Source: a virus | Lineage: Duplodnaviria; Caudoviricetes | Virus record (IMG/VR): IMGVR_UViG_3300020045_011543 | Coordinates: 1-39,187 of that record | DNA: 39,187 nt | Direction: 5' to 3' (one strand) | In this document: one piece after another, positions 17,756 through 25,528 of the stretch | Layout: each line of letters opens with the position of its first letter | Position numbering within the stretch: the first letter of the stretch is position 1 | Program-made: the position numbers and the translations under genes | Notes under the pieces: generated by a model | The model's database searches: none | What the model saw: the letters and a program-made list of their open reading frames with translations, nothing else | What the model was told of the DNA's origin: nothing

Positions 17756-18124
17756 ATGAAAATTGAACTAACAGACTATGACCATTCCAATGTCCGCCGT
17801 ATCAACGGTGCCCACGCTTTTGAGGCGTGGACAGGCGACGCAAACAAACCAGAAACGCACATCATAGATGTTGCTGATTTCCTTGAATATTGCCGCGACA
17901 CTAACAAGATTCATTCCGACGCTGACATTAGCCGTCACGGTGCTGGCTTGGTTCGCATCCCAGAACGGATTACGGGTATGTGGGACGCTGGTAGGGGTGA
18001 GTTTTACGAACAGGAAAAAACATTTTCTTATAGCTTCGCTGACTTCCTTGCCGACTTTTCCGGCGCTGGATTGACCGAATCGCTAACTAATTACTTAAAC
18101 GACATCAAAACTATTGCGGCATGA
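17756..18124 (+). CDS. Hypothetical protein
   Basis: First gene of the early rightward operon, with a cassette-like leader. Confidence 0.72.
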   Translation: MKIELTDYDHSNVRRINGAHAFEAWTGDANKPETHIIDVADFLEYCRDTNKIHSDADISRHGAGLVRIPERITGMWDAGRGEFYEQEKTFSYSFADFLADFSGAGLTESLTNYLNDIKTIAA

Positions 18125-18738
18125 ACACATCAGAAACCATTACCAAAATCGCCGCCGCACTGGTCGCGTTTAACTCTGAATGCCCGGAGGTTGTTTTCGA
18201 CAAGGAAAATAAGTTCTTGGGCAACAAATACGCTACATTGGGCGCAATCCTGAAAACAATCCGTCAACCTCTTGCAAAAAACGGGTTGACGGTTATGCAG
18301 GGGCTTAATGCCGACGGCCTAACGACGCGTGTACTGCACGTTTCCGGCGAATGGATAGAAAGCACCGCGCCAATGATCCAGCCGGGCGAAGAAAAGGGCA
18401 AGAGCGCCGCGCAGGTGTATGGCTCAATCATTACCTACATGCGCCGCTATATGGTTACGGCTGCGCTTGGAATTGTGAGCGATGAAGACAATGACGCACA
18501 GGCTGCAACGCAAAAGAAACCAACGCCCGCCGCGCCAAAGAAATCAGAAGCCGTTTTAGCTATCCGGGCACTGGTTGTAAGAGCGTTCGGGAATTACCAA
18601 GCTGACGACAAAGCAGACATACAGGCGCAATTGACCGCCATTCGGGAAAGCGAAGATATAGCAGTTTGGGAAAACCATTTGAAGCGGTTGGATAAAACCG
18701 AATACAACGACTACATCGAGAAAAAGGCGAAGAAATGA
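18121..18738 (+). CDS. erf: ERF-family single-strand annealing protein
   Basis: 'KYATL', 'LHVSGEWIES' and 'AQVYGSIITYMRRY...LGIVSDEDNDA'. Confidence 0.88.
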   Translation: MNTSETITKIAAALVAFNSECPEVVFDKENKFLGNKYATLGAILKTIRQPLAKNGLTVMQGLNADGLTTRVLHVSGEWIESTAPMIQPGEEKGKSAAQVYGSIITYMRRYMVTAALGIVSDEDNDAQAATQKKPTPAAPKKSEAVLAIRALVVRAFGNYQADDKADIQAQLTAIRESEDIAVWENHLKRLDKTEYNDYIEKKAKK

Positions 18739-19373
18739 TGCCGGTTTACCACTTCGACTTAGAGCAGCGTTCGGACGAATGGCGCGAAATCCGCAAAGGC
18801 AGGTTTACCGGAACAGATGCCGCACTGCTTCTTGTTGCCGGAACGAAACGCGCCGACGGCTTGGGGGTAGGGGTAGAGCAAGCTATGTTCCTGAAATGCG
18901 CCCAACTAATCGCTGACTTTGACGATTACCAGTTTGAAACCTATGCTACAAGAATTGGAAACGAACGGGAAGCGGAAGCAGTTGCCGCATACGGAGAAAG
19001 GATTTTTCCTAAAGCTGTGACTGCTTGCGGGTTTGTGGAATTAGGTGATTACTTCGGGTTTTCGCCTGACGGGTTGGTTGGGAAAGATGGGTTGATTGAA
19101 ATCAAATGCCCACAGCCGCCGGAATACCTTCGATACATTACGACCGGAGAAATTTCGAAAGACTATCTGATGCAAATGCAGTGGGGCATGTGGATCACAG
19201 ACCGAAAGTGGTGTGATCACGTTGTTTTTAATCCGGATTTTGGAGGATACCCGATACAAGTACAGCGGATTGAACGAGATGAAAAGCTGATGTGTGTGTT
19301 TTTAAGAAAGGCAATTGCAATCGAGGCCGCAATGTCTGAATTACTTTTTACCTACGAAATGATGAGTAAATGA
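18735..19373 (+). CDS. YqaJ/lambda-exonuclease family nuclease
   Basis: 'EQRSDEWREIRKGRFT', 'GFSPDGLVG..GLIEIKCP' and 'YLMQMQWGMW'. Confidence 0.9.
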   Translation: MMPVYHFDLEQRSDEWREIRKGRFTGTDAALLLVAGTKRADGLGVGVEQAMFLKCAQLIADFDDYQFETYATRIGNEREAEAVAAYGERIFPKAVTACGFVELGDYFGFSPDGLVGKDGLIEIKCPQPPEYLRYITTGEISKDYLMQMQWGMWITDRKWCDHVVFNPDFGGYPIQVQRIERDEKLMCVFLRKAIAIEAAMSELLFTYEMMSK

Positions 19374-19645
19374 TCGCAACGACAAAAACAGACCGTTTCA
19401 AAGTCGAACGGTTGCAGGAAAAGATAATCGAACTGGAAGAATTAAACGCCCTGCATTTGGAGCGCATTTGCGCCCTGCATGACGATATGCGCGAAGCCGT
19501 GACCATTGCCGATGAGTTGCGGGAACGGGTAGAGGAATTGGAAGCCTGCCTTTTAAGCGTTGTTTCAATTGTTGAAACGGGCTTCGACGGCCCCCGAATC
19601 CGGGACTTGATTATTGAAACCGTAAAACCTTTTGAGCATGAATAA
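19370..19645 (+). CDS. Coiled-coil hypothetical protein
   Basis: ATGA overlap; heptad pattern. Confidence 0.65.
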   Translation: MIATTKTDRFKVERLQEKIIELEELNALHLERICALHDDMREAVTIADELRERVEELEACLLSVVSIVETGFDGPRIRDLIIETVKPFEHE

Positions 19646-20024
19646 CGTATGCACCCCTGCAATAGCCCGGCGGCTAAAAGAACAGGGTTTCCCGCAACCA
19701 GTCCCGGAACCGGGGCAGGTGTGGTACACCAAATCAGAAGCGCCCTTTGTAGTGGTTCAGCCAAAGGGTAGCCAAATTGCCGTTGGTTGGCCTTATGTTG
19801 ACTATTCATTTAGCCACATAGATAAGTTTGATATTCACTCATGCGTCTACGCTCCCACCGCCCCCGACATTCTGCGGGAGTTGGGATGGGAGTGGCGCGT
19901 TGGATATGCGGAAGATGCAAAAGAGTATTTTTGCGTACATGAAACAGGTAGGTATCTATATTACAACGACAACCCCGCAGAAGCCTGCGCCGAGGTATGG
20001 GAGGCAAAACAGAAACAGCTATAA
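19638..20024 (+). CDS. Hypothetical phage protein
   Basis: 'ARRLKEQGFPQ...APTAPDILREL...NPAEACA' pattern; overlap-coupled. Confidence 0.7.
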   Translation: MNNVCTPAIARRLKEQGFPQPVPEPGQVWYTKSEAPFVVVQPKGSQIAVGWPYVDYSFSHIDKFDIHSCVYAPTAPDILRELGWEWRVGYAEDAKEYFCVHETGRYLYYNDNPAEACAEVWEAKQKQL

Positions 20025-20236
20025 TGGAATACACGTACTTAGGCGACCGCTTCACCTCCCCCGCGCTCAGGCGCCAACCATGCCGGGCAATACGCCGGGC
20101 AGACGGCAAGTGCATCCGGGGCCGGAACGGGAACATGCTGGTAGAATTTGAAGGCGGTGCGCGGGTGGTTGTCAACGCCCGGTTGCTGCGAAAGATCAAA
20201 CCCTGCCCTAATCCGGTGGGTGGCACGGGGAGGTAA
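20024..20236 (+). CDS. Small basic hypothetical protein
   Basis: TAATG coupling; 'GKCIRGRNGNMLVEF...RLLRK'. Confidence 0.65.
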   Translation: MEYTYLGDRFTSPALRRQPCRAIRRADGKCIRGRNGNMLVEFEGGARVVVNARLLRKIKPCPNPVGGTGR

Positions 20237-20324
20237 GCCGCGCGGCGTCAGCTTTCCCGTGTCTTTTTCGACCAACCCGCGCATTTTCCCGACGAACCGA
20301 TTTGGAAAAGTTGGCGGGTTGGCT

Positions 20325-20519
20325 TATCTTTGCAGTGCTGGGCCAGTTAGCAGATGTAGGCCGCCCCCTGAAAGGGTGGACACAAAGGCAGAGACGCCAG
20401 CAAGACATACCAAAATCCTTTTCTTCTCGCAGGTAGGAGCGCGAAAAGAAAAAGGTAACGTGATCGGTTTAGATCGTTCACCTTGCCCGTAGCTCCTACC
20501 TGCGGGCTTTTTTATTTTT
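20325..20519 (+). promoter_or_regulatory. Promoter plus structured 5' leader/attenuator of the replication operon
   Basis: TATCTTTG at 20325-32; 13-bp perfect stem 20428-40/20492-504 followed by a U-tract; competing pairing 20417-30/20441-55. Confidence 0.6.
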
Positions 20520-20525
20520 ATAACT

Positions 20526-20816
20526 ATGCTAAAGCAAATACCGACATCTATCTGGGACAACGAAGATTTTAAATGCCTTTCGCCACAGGAACAAATGATA
20601 GTGCTTCACGCCATAACTTGCCCGGAATCGGAAGCGGATTTATACGTTTTATTTTGTGGTAAAATATCTTATCGGCTTGGGCTTGACAATAAAAGAATAA
20701 AGGAAGCATTTGCTTTTTTGGCAACCCTTTTTCCGAATTCTTTTCGATCAGTAGAGGGTAGCTTTGAGGTTGTAGAAATTAATGCCGCAAATCTTCTTAA
20801 AGCCATATCAGTATGA
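20526..20816 (+). CDS. Hypothetical protein (replication-protein N-terminal-like)
   Basis: 'QIPTSIWDNEDFKCLSP' resembles N-termini of phage replisome organisers. Confidence 0.6.
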   Translation: MLKQIPTSIWDNEDFKCLSPQEQMIVLHAITCPESEADLYVLFCGKISYRLGLDNKRIKEAFAFLATLFPNSFRSVEGSFEVVEINAANLLKAISV

Positions 20817-21601
20817 TAAACATCCACCACAATCTTATTCGAGAAGACCTGAAAATTATCGGGTCGGACGGGCTTACCGTCCTGCTGGTTATTGCTTCAT
20901 TTATCGGCAAAGATCGAAGCGCCTTTCCTAAATTTCAGACGATTAAATCAATGTCCGGGCTGTCAAAAGAGCGGGCATATAAAGCACTTGCCACCTTGCA
21001 AACCACCGGGTATTTAGAGCGGTCGCAAGAAAACACGGCGGGGGAATGGGGCAAAGTTATCTACCGAATTAGCACCGACAAATTAGGAGTCTGGATAAAT
21101 GCCAATGAATTTCCGATGGAGGAGGATAACCGCTTGCCGGAAACACGGCATACGGAAAACCGGAATACGCAAACACGGCAAGCATTAAGTATTATTAAAG
21201 ATAAAAGTATTGTTAAAGATAAAGAATATATAAACCCCGCACCTGAAAAACAAAAACTTCCCCCCGCTGAACGTAAGGTAAAAGAAGCTATGTTAGAAGC
21301 CTTCCGGTTTTTTGAAGAGTACCCGGCACAACAGGAAATGATGTGTATGAATGCCAAACGCCCCGACGCACTACACCCCGAAGTGTGGAGCGCAACCTTA
21401 GAGGCGTGGATTAGATACAACATAGACAACCCTGCCATTATCTGCCATATCGAAACTAGCATCACAAAATCGTTTCAGGCGTGGCTTACTCGAAACTTAG
21501 AGGCCAACAATAAGCCAAAAGTTGGTTTGTTCCGGCCCGCCGGGCAAGAGGCCGCCCCGCCCGCCTACGTTGCCCCCGTTAACCAAAAACTGCAATTCTA
21601 A
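20813..21601 (+). CDS. Replication initiator (N-terminal HTH, lambda O-like)
   Basis: 'AFPKFQTIKSMSGLSKERAYKALATLQTTGYLER' HTH; internal iterons; upstream of DnaB. Confidence 0.78.
   Translation: MINIHHNLIREDLKIIGSDGLTVLLVIASFIGKDRSAFPKFQTIKSMSGLSKERAYKALATLQTTGYLERSQENTAGEWGKVIYRISTDKLGVWINANEFPMEEDNRLPETRHTENRNTQTRQALSIIKDKSIVKDKEYINPAPEKQKLPPAERKVKEAMLEAFRFFEEYPAQQEMMCMNAKRPDALHPEVWSATLEAWIRYNIDNPAIICHIETSITKSFQAWLTRNLEANNKPKVGLFRPAGQEAAPPAYVAPVNQKLQF
21138..21233. repeat. Putative replication origin: 3 x 15-bp iterons + 2 x 18-bp AT-rich repeats
   Basis: CGGAAACACGGCATA / CGGAAAACCGGAATA / CGCAAACACGGCAAG (21138-82); AAGTATT(A/G)TTAAAGATAA x2 (21187-222). Confidence 0.75.
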
Positions 21602-22179
21602 TGACCCGCGAAGACTTCAAAATAATGATGTCAGGTGTTTGCGCCCGTCTTTCGGAGTTGCAGGAAGTATACTGGACAGTAACAGACCTAAGCGCCATCT
21701 ACACCACTACCCCGGATTATTGGCCGGGGTGGGTAGACGTAGCGTTCCTGGAATGGGTAGTGAAGCGCCGGATCGTTACTACAATCACCTTAGCGCCGGG
21801 TGCGGGCGAAGGTAAGAACGAGTTAGATGAAAATGGGTATATACGGGTATACAAGGGTAAGGTGGATGGTTGGCGCAAACCGTATTACCCCGGCGCTGTT
21901 CTGGACGTGGCAAAGGACGGGAAAGAATGCGTTTTGTTTTGTCGGCACTACCTTTTACACTGGCATGAATGCCTATTGGAGCGCTACCGTCGGGAAGATG
22001 CGAAGGCAGATGAAGAGGTTATAATCCCTGCGCTAACAAACCTTTGGCGCACCAAAATTACCCGACTTGGCAAAGAAAAAGCGATAAAGGAAATGCGGGC
22101 AAGTTTTCCGGGGGTGTACGGGGTGGGGTACAAGGATCAGTTAAACAAGGCATTTAAAATAGCGACAGATGGAAAGTAA
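21601..22179 (+). CDS. Hypothetical protein
   Basis: TAATG coupling to the initiator. Confidence 0.7.
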   Translation: MTREDFKIMMSGVCARLSELQEVYWTVTDLSAIYTTTPDYWPGWVDVAFLEWVVKRRIVTTITLAPGAGEGKNELDENGYIRVYKGKVDGWRKPYYPGAVLDVAKDGKECVLFCRHYLLHWHECLLERYRREDAKADEEVIIPALTNLWRTKITRLGKEKAIKEMRASFPGVYGVGYKDQLNKAFKIATDGK

Positions 22180-22855
22180 GCCAGTAAGCGACGTTTTTTT
22201 GATGGACTGCATGGAATACATGCGCGGGCTGCCAGATGGGTTTGCAGACCTTGCCGTTTGCGATCCGCCATATGGGATAGGCGCGGCAAAAATGAACATG
22301 GGTTTAGGGAAATCAAAAAAAGCATCTAAAGCAAAAAATAGGAAATGGAAGCCGAAGGAATTGGATGATAAGCCACCGACCTCGGAATATTTTAAAGAAC
22401 TTTTCCGGGTGTCTAAAAATCAAATTATATGGGGCGGTAATTATTTTGGCCTGCCTTCTTTCCAAAATTATGTAATCTGGGATAAAGAAATACCGGACGG
22501 CCTTTCATTTGCTGATTGTGAAATGGCGTGGACTTCCTTTGATGGAGCGCCCAAAATGTTTAGATACTCGGCTTATTTGGATAAAAAAACAAAGCTACAT
22601 CCAACGCAGAAGCCGATAAAATTATATCTCTGGCTCCTGCGCAACTATGCCAAACCCGGCGACAAAATATTAGATACCCACATGGGAAGCCAAAGCAGCA
22701 GGATTGCAGCCTATAAACTTGGCTTCGACTTTTACGGCACCGAAATAGACCCGGATTATTTTTCCGACGGCAACGCCCGCTTTCAAAAAGAAATAGCCAT
22801 GCCGCTGTTTGACGCAGCACCCGCCCCCGTAATTCAATCACAACTTATTTTCTGA
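22169..22855 (+). CDS. N6-A/N4-C DNA methyltransferase (beta class)
   Basis: DPPY, HPTQKP and 'ILDTHMGSQSS' motifs. Confidence 0.92.
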   Translation: MESKPVSDVFLMDCMEYMRGLPDGFADLAVCDPPYGIGAAKMNMGLGKSKKASKAKNRKWKPKELDDKPPTSEYFKELFRVSKNQIIWGGNYFGLPSFQNYVIWDKEIPDGLSFADCEMAWTSFDGAPKMFRYSAYLDKKTKLHPTQKPIKLYLWLLRNYAKPGDKILDTHMGSQSSRIAAYKLGFDFYGTEIDPDYFSDGNARFQKEIAMPLFDAAPAPVIQSQLIF

Positions 22856-22858
22856 CAG

Positions 22859-24259
22859 ATGGACATTAAACAAATACAAACCGAAATTGCAGATCAATAC
22901 TTCGCCGCGTCCCGCGCCTTGATCGGTGCAATGCTCCGGGAGCCGCACATGTATCAATCCTTTCGCATCCCGGCTATCTGGTTTCAGGACACACCCCAAG
23001 CGGGTATAGCAAAGGCAATTGAAACGGTCATTGAGTTGTCAGGGGCAAAGGTTTACACTGCGTCCGCCGTGCGCATTCAGGCCGGGGTTCCCGCCTCCGA
23101 AATCACGGAGATAATGGAAGACCGCACCCCGATTGAACTTGCCTATGGAATGTTTATTCCGATTTATGAGCGCTACGTTGAAACGATTTGTGCCAACTGC
23201 GTTTTTACCGTCACCGATGCGAAGGGCATACAGGAACTACAAAAGCAGATCAGATCGGAGCGCCTTGTATTGCGGGAGGGTGAGGTAAGCGAAAAAGAGG
23301 ATTTGATCACGTGGGCAATTGCCAAACTCGAAGGCCATGATCCGACCTACCCAACAACGCCACACCTGAAAACACTGACGGAAAACAATGTGATTCGGCA
23401 CTATGCCCCCGGTGACTTGGTTATTATTGCCGGACGTCCTGGGATGGGGAAAACACAGTACATGCTAAACAAGGTAGATCATTTTTTCAACTTAGGTATG
23501 CCCGGTGCTGTGTTCAGTTTGGAAATGTCCCGCGCTCAATTACAGCGCCGTCTTTTGTCCATGCGCACGGGGAAAAACACGCTTGCAGATTGGAGCCAGT
23601 TTACCGAAATGGAACGGCGGGACATTTTAGAACAGGCCGCCCGGATTAAGGAAATGCCGGTAAGCATCGAAACGATCCGAACGATTGAGGAGATAGAACG
23701 CTTTGCCCGGATGAAAAAGCAGCGTGAAGGATTAGAGTTTATTTTGGTAGACTATCTGCAATTAGTGGTCACGTCGGGAAAGAAAAACAGCAACCGGGAG
23801 CAGGATGTAAGCGAAGTTTCCCGCCGCTTGAAATCGCTGGCAATGGAATTACAGGTTCCCGTTATTGCCATTTCGCAGCTTTCCCGCGCCGTGGAAACGC
23901 GGGGCGGTACCAAGCGCCCAATGCTTTCAGATTTGAGGGAAAGTGGCTCGTTGGAACAGGATGCAGACATTGTTCAGTTTATTTACCGCCCAGCGTATTA
24001 CGAAGTCCTGGAGCCGGGGAGCCACAGCGCGATACTTTTAGACGAGCGCACCGAATTACAGCCCGTTGAGGTGATCATTGCCAAGAACCGGCACGGCAAG
24101 TTATACACGGCATCTGTTCACTACACGCCTGTCCGGGGATTCATTGACCCGCCAGCGTTTGATCCGAATGCAAGCGCCGGGCAATCATCAGAACCAGCGC
24201 ACCCGCAAATGTTCCCGGCCATGCCGAAAGTGGATACTGATAATTATTTGCCTTTTTAG
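22859..24259 (+). CDS. dnaB: DnaB-like replicative helicase
   Basis: Walker A AGRPGMGKT, FSLEMS, VDYLQL, SQLSR, LSDLRESGSLEQDAD and IAKNRHG. Confidence 0.95.
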   Translation: MDIKQIQTEIADQYFAASRALIGAMLREPHMYQSFRIPAIWFQDTPQAGIAKAIETVIELSGAKVYTASAVRIQAGVPASEITEIMEDRTPIELAYGMFIPIYERYVETICANCVFTVTDAKGIQELQKQIRSERLVLREGEVSEKEDLITWAIAKLEGHDPTYPTTPHLKTLTENNVIRHYAPGDLVIIAGRPGMGKTQYMLNKVDHFFNLGMPGAVFSLEMSRAQLQRRLLSMRTGKNTLADWSQFTEMERRDILEQAARIKEMPVSIETIRTIEEIERFARMKKQREGLEFILVDYLQLVVTSGKKNSNREQDVSEVSRRLKSLAMELQVPVIAISQLSRAVETRGGTKRPMLSDLRESGSLEQDADIVQFIYRPAYYEVLEPGSHSAILLDERTELQPVEVIIAKNRHGKLYTASVHYTPVRGFIDPPAFDPNASAGQSSEPAHPQMFPAMPKVDTDNYLPF

Positions 24260-24264
24260 CCCGC

Positions 24265-24331
24265 TTCGTCGTTTTTCTGCCCCGATTGGTCGATAAAGGT
24301 TTGCTTTTCGTGGGCGGGTTGGGTATATTTG
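24265..24331 (+). promoter_or_regulatory. 21-bp-phased box promoter
   Basis: TTCGTCG (24265-71), TTGGTCG (24286-92), TATATTTG (24324-31). Confidence 0.72.
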
Positions 24332-24361
24332 TTTCATCATTAACAACTAAAAATAAATACC

Positions 24362-24523
24362 ATGTACTCAGTAAACGATTCATTTCAATCCTATACCCTT
24401 TCATCGCTGATTATCGCAAGTGATCCCGGTGTGTTTTCGGAAACAGACATCGCAATAATTAATGCACTACCTATTGGTGGTTGCCACGTTGTAAAAATGA
24501 GCAAAATAACCCGCACAATTTAA
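24362..24523 (+). CDS. 53-aa accessory protein (absent from ORF track)
   Basis: MYSVNDSFQSYTLSSLIIASDPGVFSETDIAIINALPIGGCHVVKMSKITRTI*, after the conserved leader. Confidence 0.65.
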   Translation: MYSVNDSFQSYTLSSLIIASDPGVFSETDIAIINALPIGGCHVVKMSKITRTI

Positions 24524-24598
24524 CCCGCCCGGCACAGCAACCACTGGTGTAGGTTGGGTATATTTGTCGTATCAATTAACAAACAAAAAATAACTATC

Positions 24599-24739
24599 AT
24601 GAGCGCAATTCAATTAAAAGAGGTTTACGGCGCTGCCGCTTTTTACGCAGCTTGCAAAGACGCCTTCACAAGCGGGCATACCGTTACGTCAATGCAGGCG
24701 GCCACGAACTACGCCCGACTTATATTAGTCGAACCTTAA
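24599..24739 (+). CDS. 46-aa accessory protein
   Basis: MSAIQLKEVYG...; own TATATTTG (24559-66) and conserved leader. Confidence 0.6.
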   Translation: MSAIQLKEVYGAAAFYAACKDAFTSGHTVTSMQAATNYARLILVEP

Positions 24740-24896
24740 CTAACCGCCCCCGACAGCACCACGAACAACCCACCCGGCCAGCCGTGAAAGGCGGTGGGGC
24801 TGCAAGGCGGCAACAGGCAGCATAGAGATTCAAAGACTTACCCGCCGGGTGACGCCAAACAAAGGTTTGGCAGGGTTTGCGCCCCGGCGGGGACAT

Positions 24897-24968
24897 GGAA
24901 AGGTAGCTCAGGGGTAGAGCGTCGGTTTGTTAAGCCGTTGGTCGCAGGTTCAAATCCTGCCCTTTCCG
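24897..24968 (+). tRNA. trnN: tRNA-Asn (GTT)
   Basis: Acceptor GGAAAGG/CCTTTCC, D-arm GCTC/GAGC, anticodon loop TT-GTT-AA, T-loop GGTTCAAATCC, discriminator G; no encoded CCA. Confidence 0.8.
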
Positions 24969-25027
24969 CAGAGATTACAATTAGCCCCGGTTGCTTGCCG
25001 CAAGGTAGCGCCGGGGTTTTTGAAAAT

Positions 25028-25111
25028 GCAAGTATAAGGGAAGCGGTCAAACCCTACCGACTGTAAATCGGTCGCCTTCGGGCTTCGTTGGTTCAAATCC
25101 AGCTACTTGCA
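25028..25111 (+). tRNA. trnY: tRNA-Tyr (GTA)
   Basis: Acceptor GCAAGTA/TACTTGC, loop CT-GTA-AA, long variable arm GCC-TTCG-GGC, T-loop GGTTCAAATCC. Confidence 0.9.
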
Positions 25112-25128
25112 CAACGCACATGGAGAGA

Positions 25129-25436
25129 GGGGGAGCGCGCCGGAAGCGGCTGCGATAAAATTAGCTTGACGCGCTTAGTGCCAACATGGTTTGTCCGGCA
25201 CAAAATGCGGATCGGGAATATCCTGCCTGTTGGTTTCCGGTAGCTCAAAACAGGACGGCTAAGAGTAGTCAAAGGCTCCCCCACAAGTGCAAAAGAACTT
25301 GCCCGGCTCATGGGTTGATAAAGTACCCGGCTACCAACCGCTGAAATTGATTCATTCTGGGTGCTGACAATAGGTTGAGGTGAACGGGGTGGTACCCGCG
25401 CAACTGATTCCAACGATAGGCAACGGGCAAAAACTT
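25129..25436 (+). ncRNA. Candidate multi-domain structured ncRNA
   Basis: Nested stems 25129-36/25275-82 and 25299-305/25424-30 enclosing several hairpins; no credible ORF. Confidence 0.5.
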
Positions 25437-25528
25437 GATTTTAGTTTTGTTAATTGATCCCCCTTTCCCGGCCCTTGCACCCTTCGCAGGTGTGGCCGGG
25501 GAGTGGTGGGAAAAAACATGGGGATAGA

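Noticed and set aside
20357-20400. c-di-GMP-I riboswitch (GAAAGGGTGGACACAAAG resembles GAAA...GGACGCAAAG)
   Set aside because: Lacks the GGCAAAC 5' strand and the tetraloop-receptor arm; kept only as an unclassified structured leader.
20148-20560. ORFs across the replication leader
   Set aside because: Atypical composition and weak starts; they overlap promoter and hairpins, so the region is better explained as non-coding.
24897-24968. Reading the first tRNA as Thr (TGT)
   Set aside because: The stem register (TCGGT/GCCGT) puts GTT at positions 34-36, and discriminator G fits Asn.
24794-25413. ORFs 24794-25066(+), 24838-25050(-) and 25093-25413(-)
   Set aside because: They overlap tRNA genes and structured RNA and lack initiation context.
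25518-25526. ATG GGA TAG as a sign of amber stop-codon reassignment
   Set aside because: Core genes are intact in the standard code, several genes end in TAG at sensible places, and no suppressor tRNA is present.
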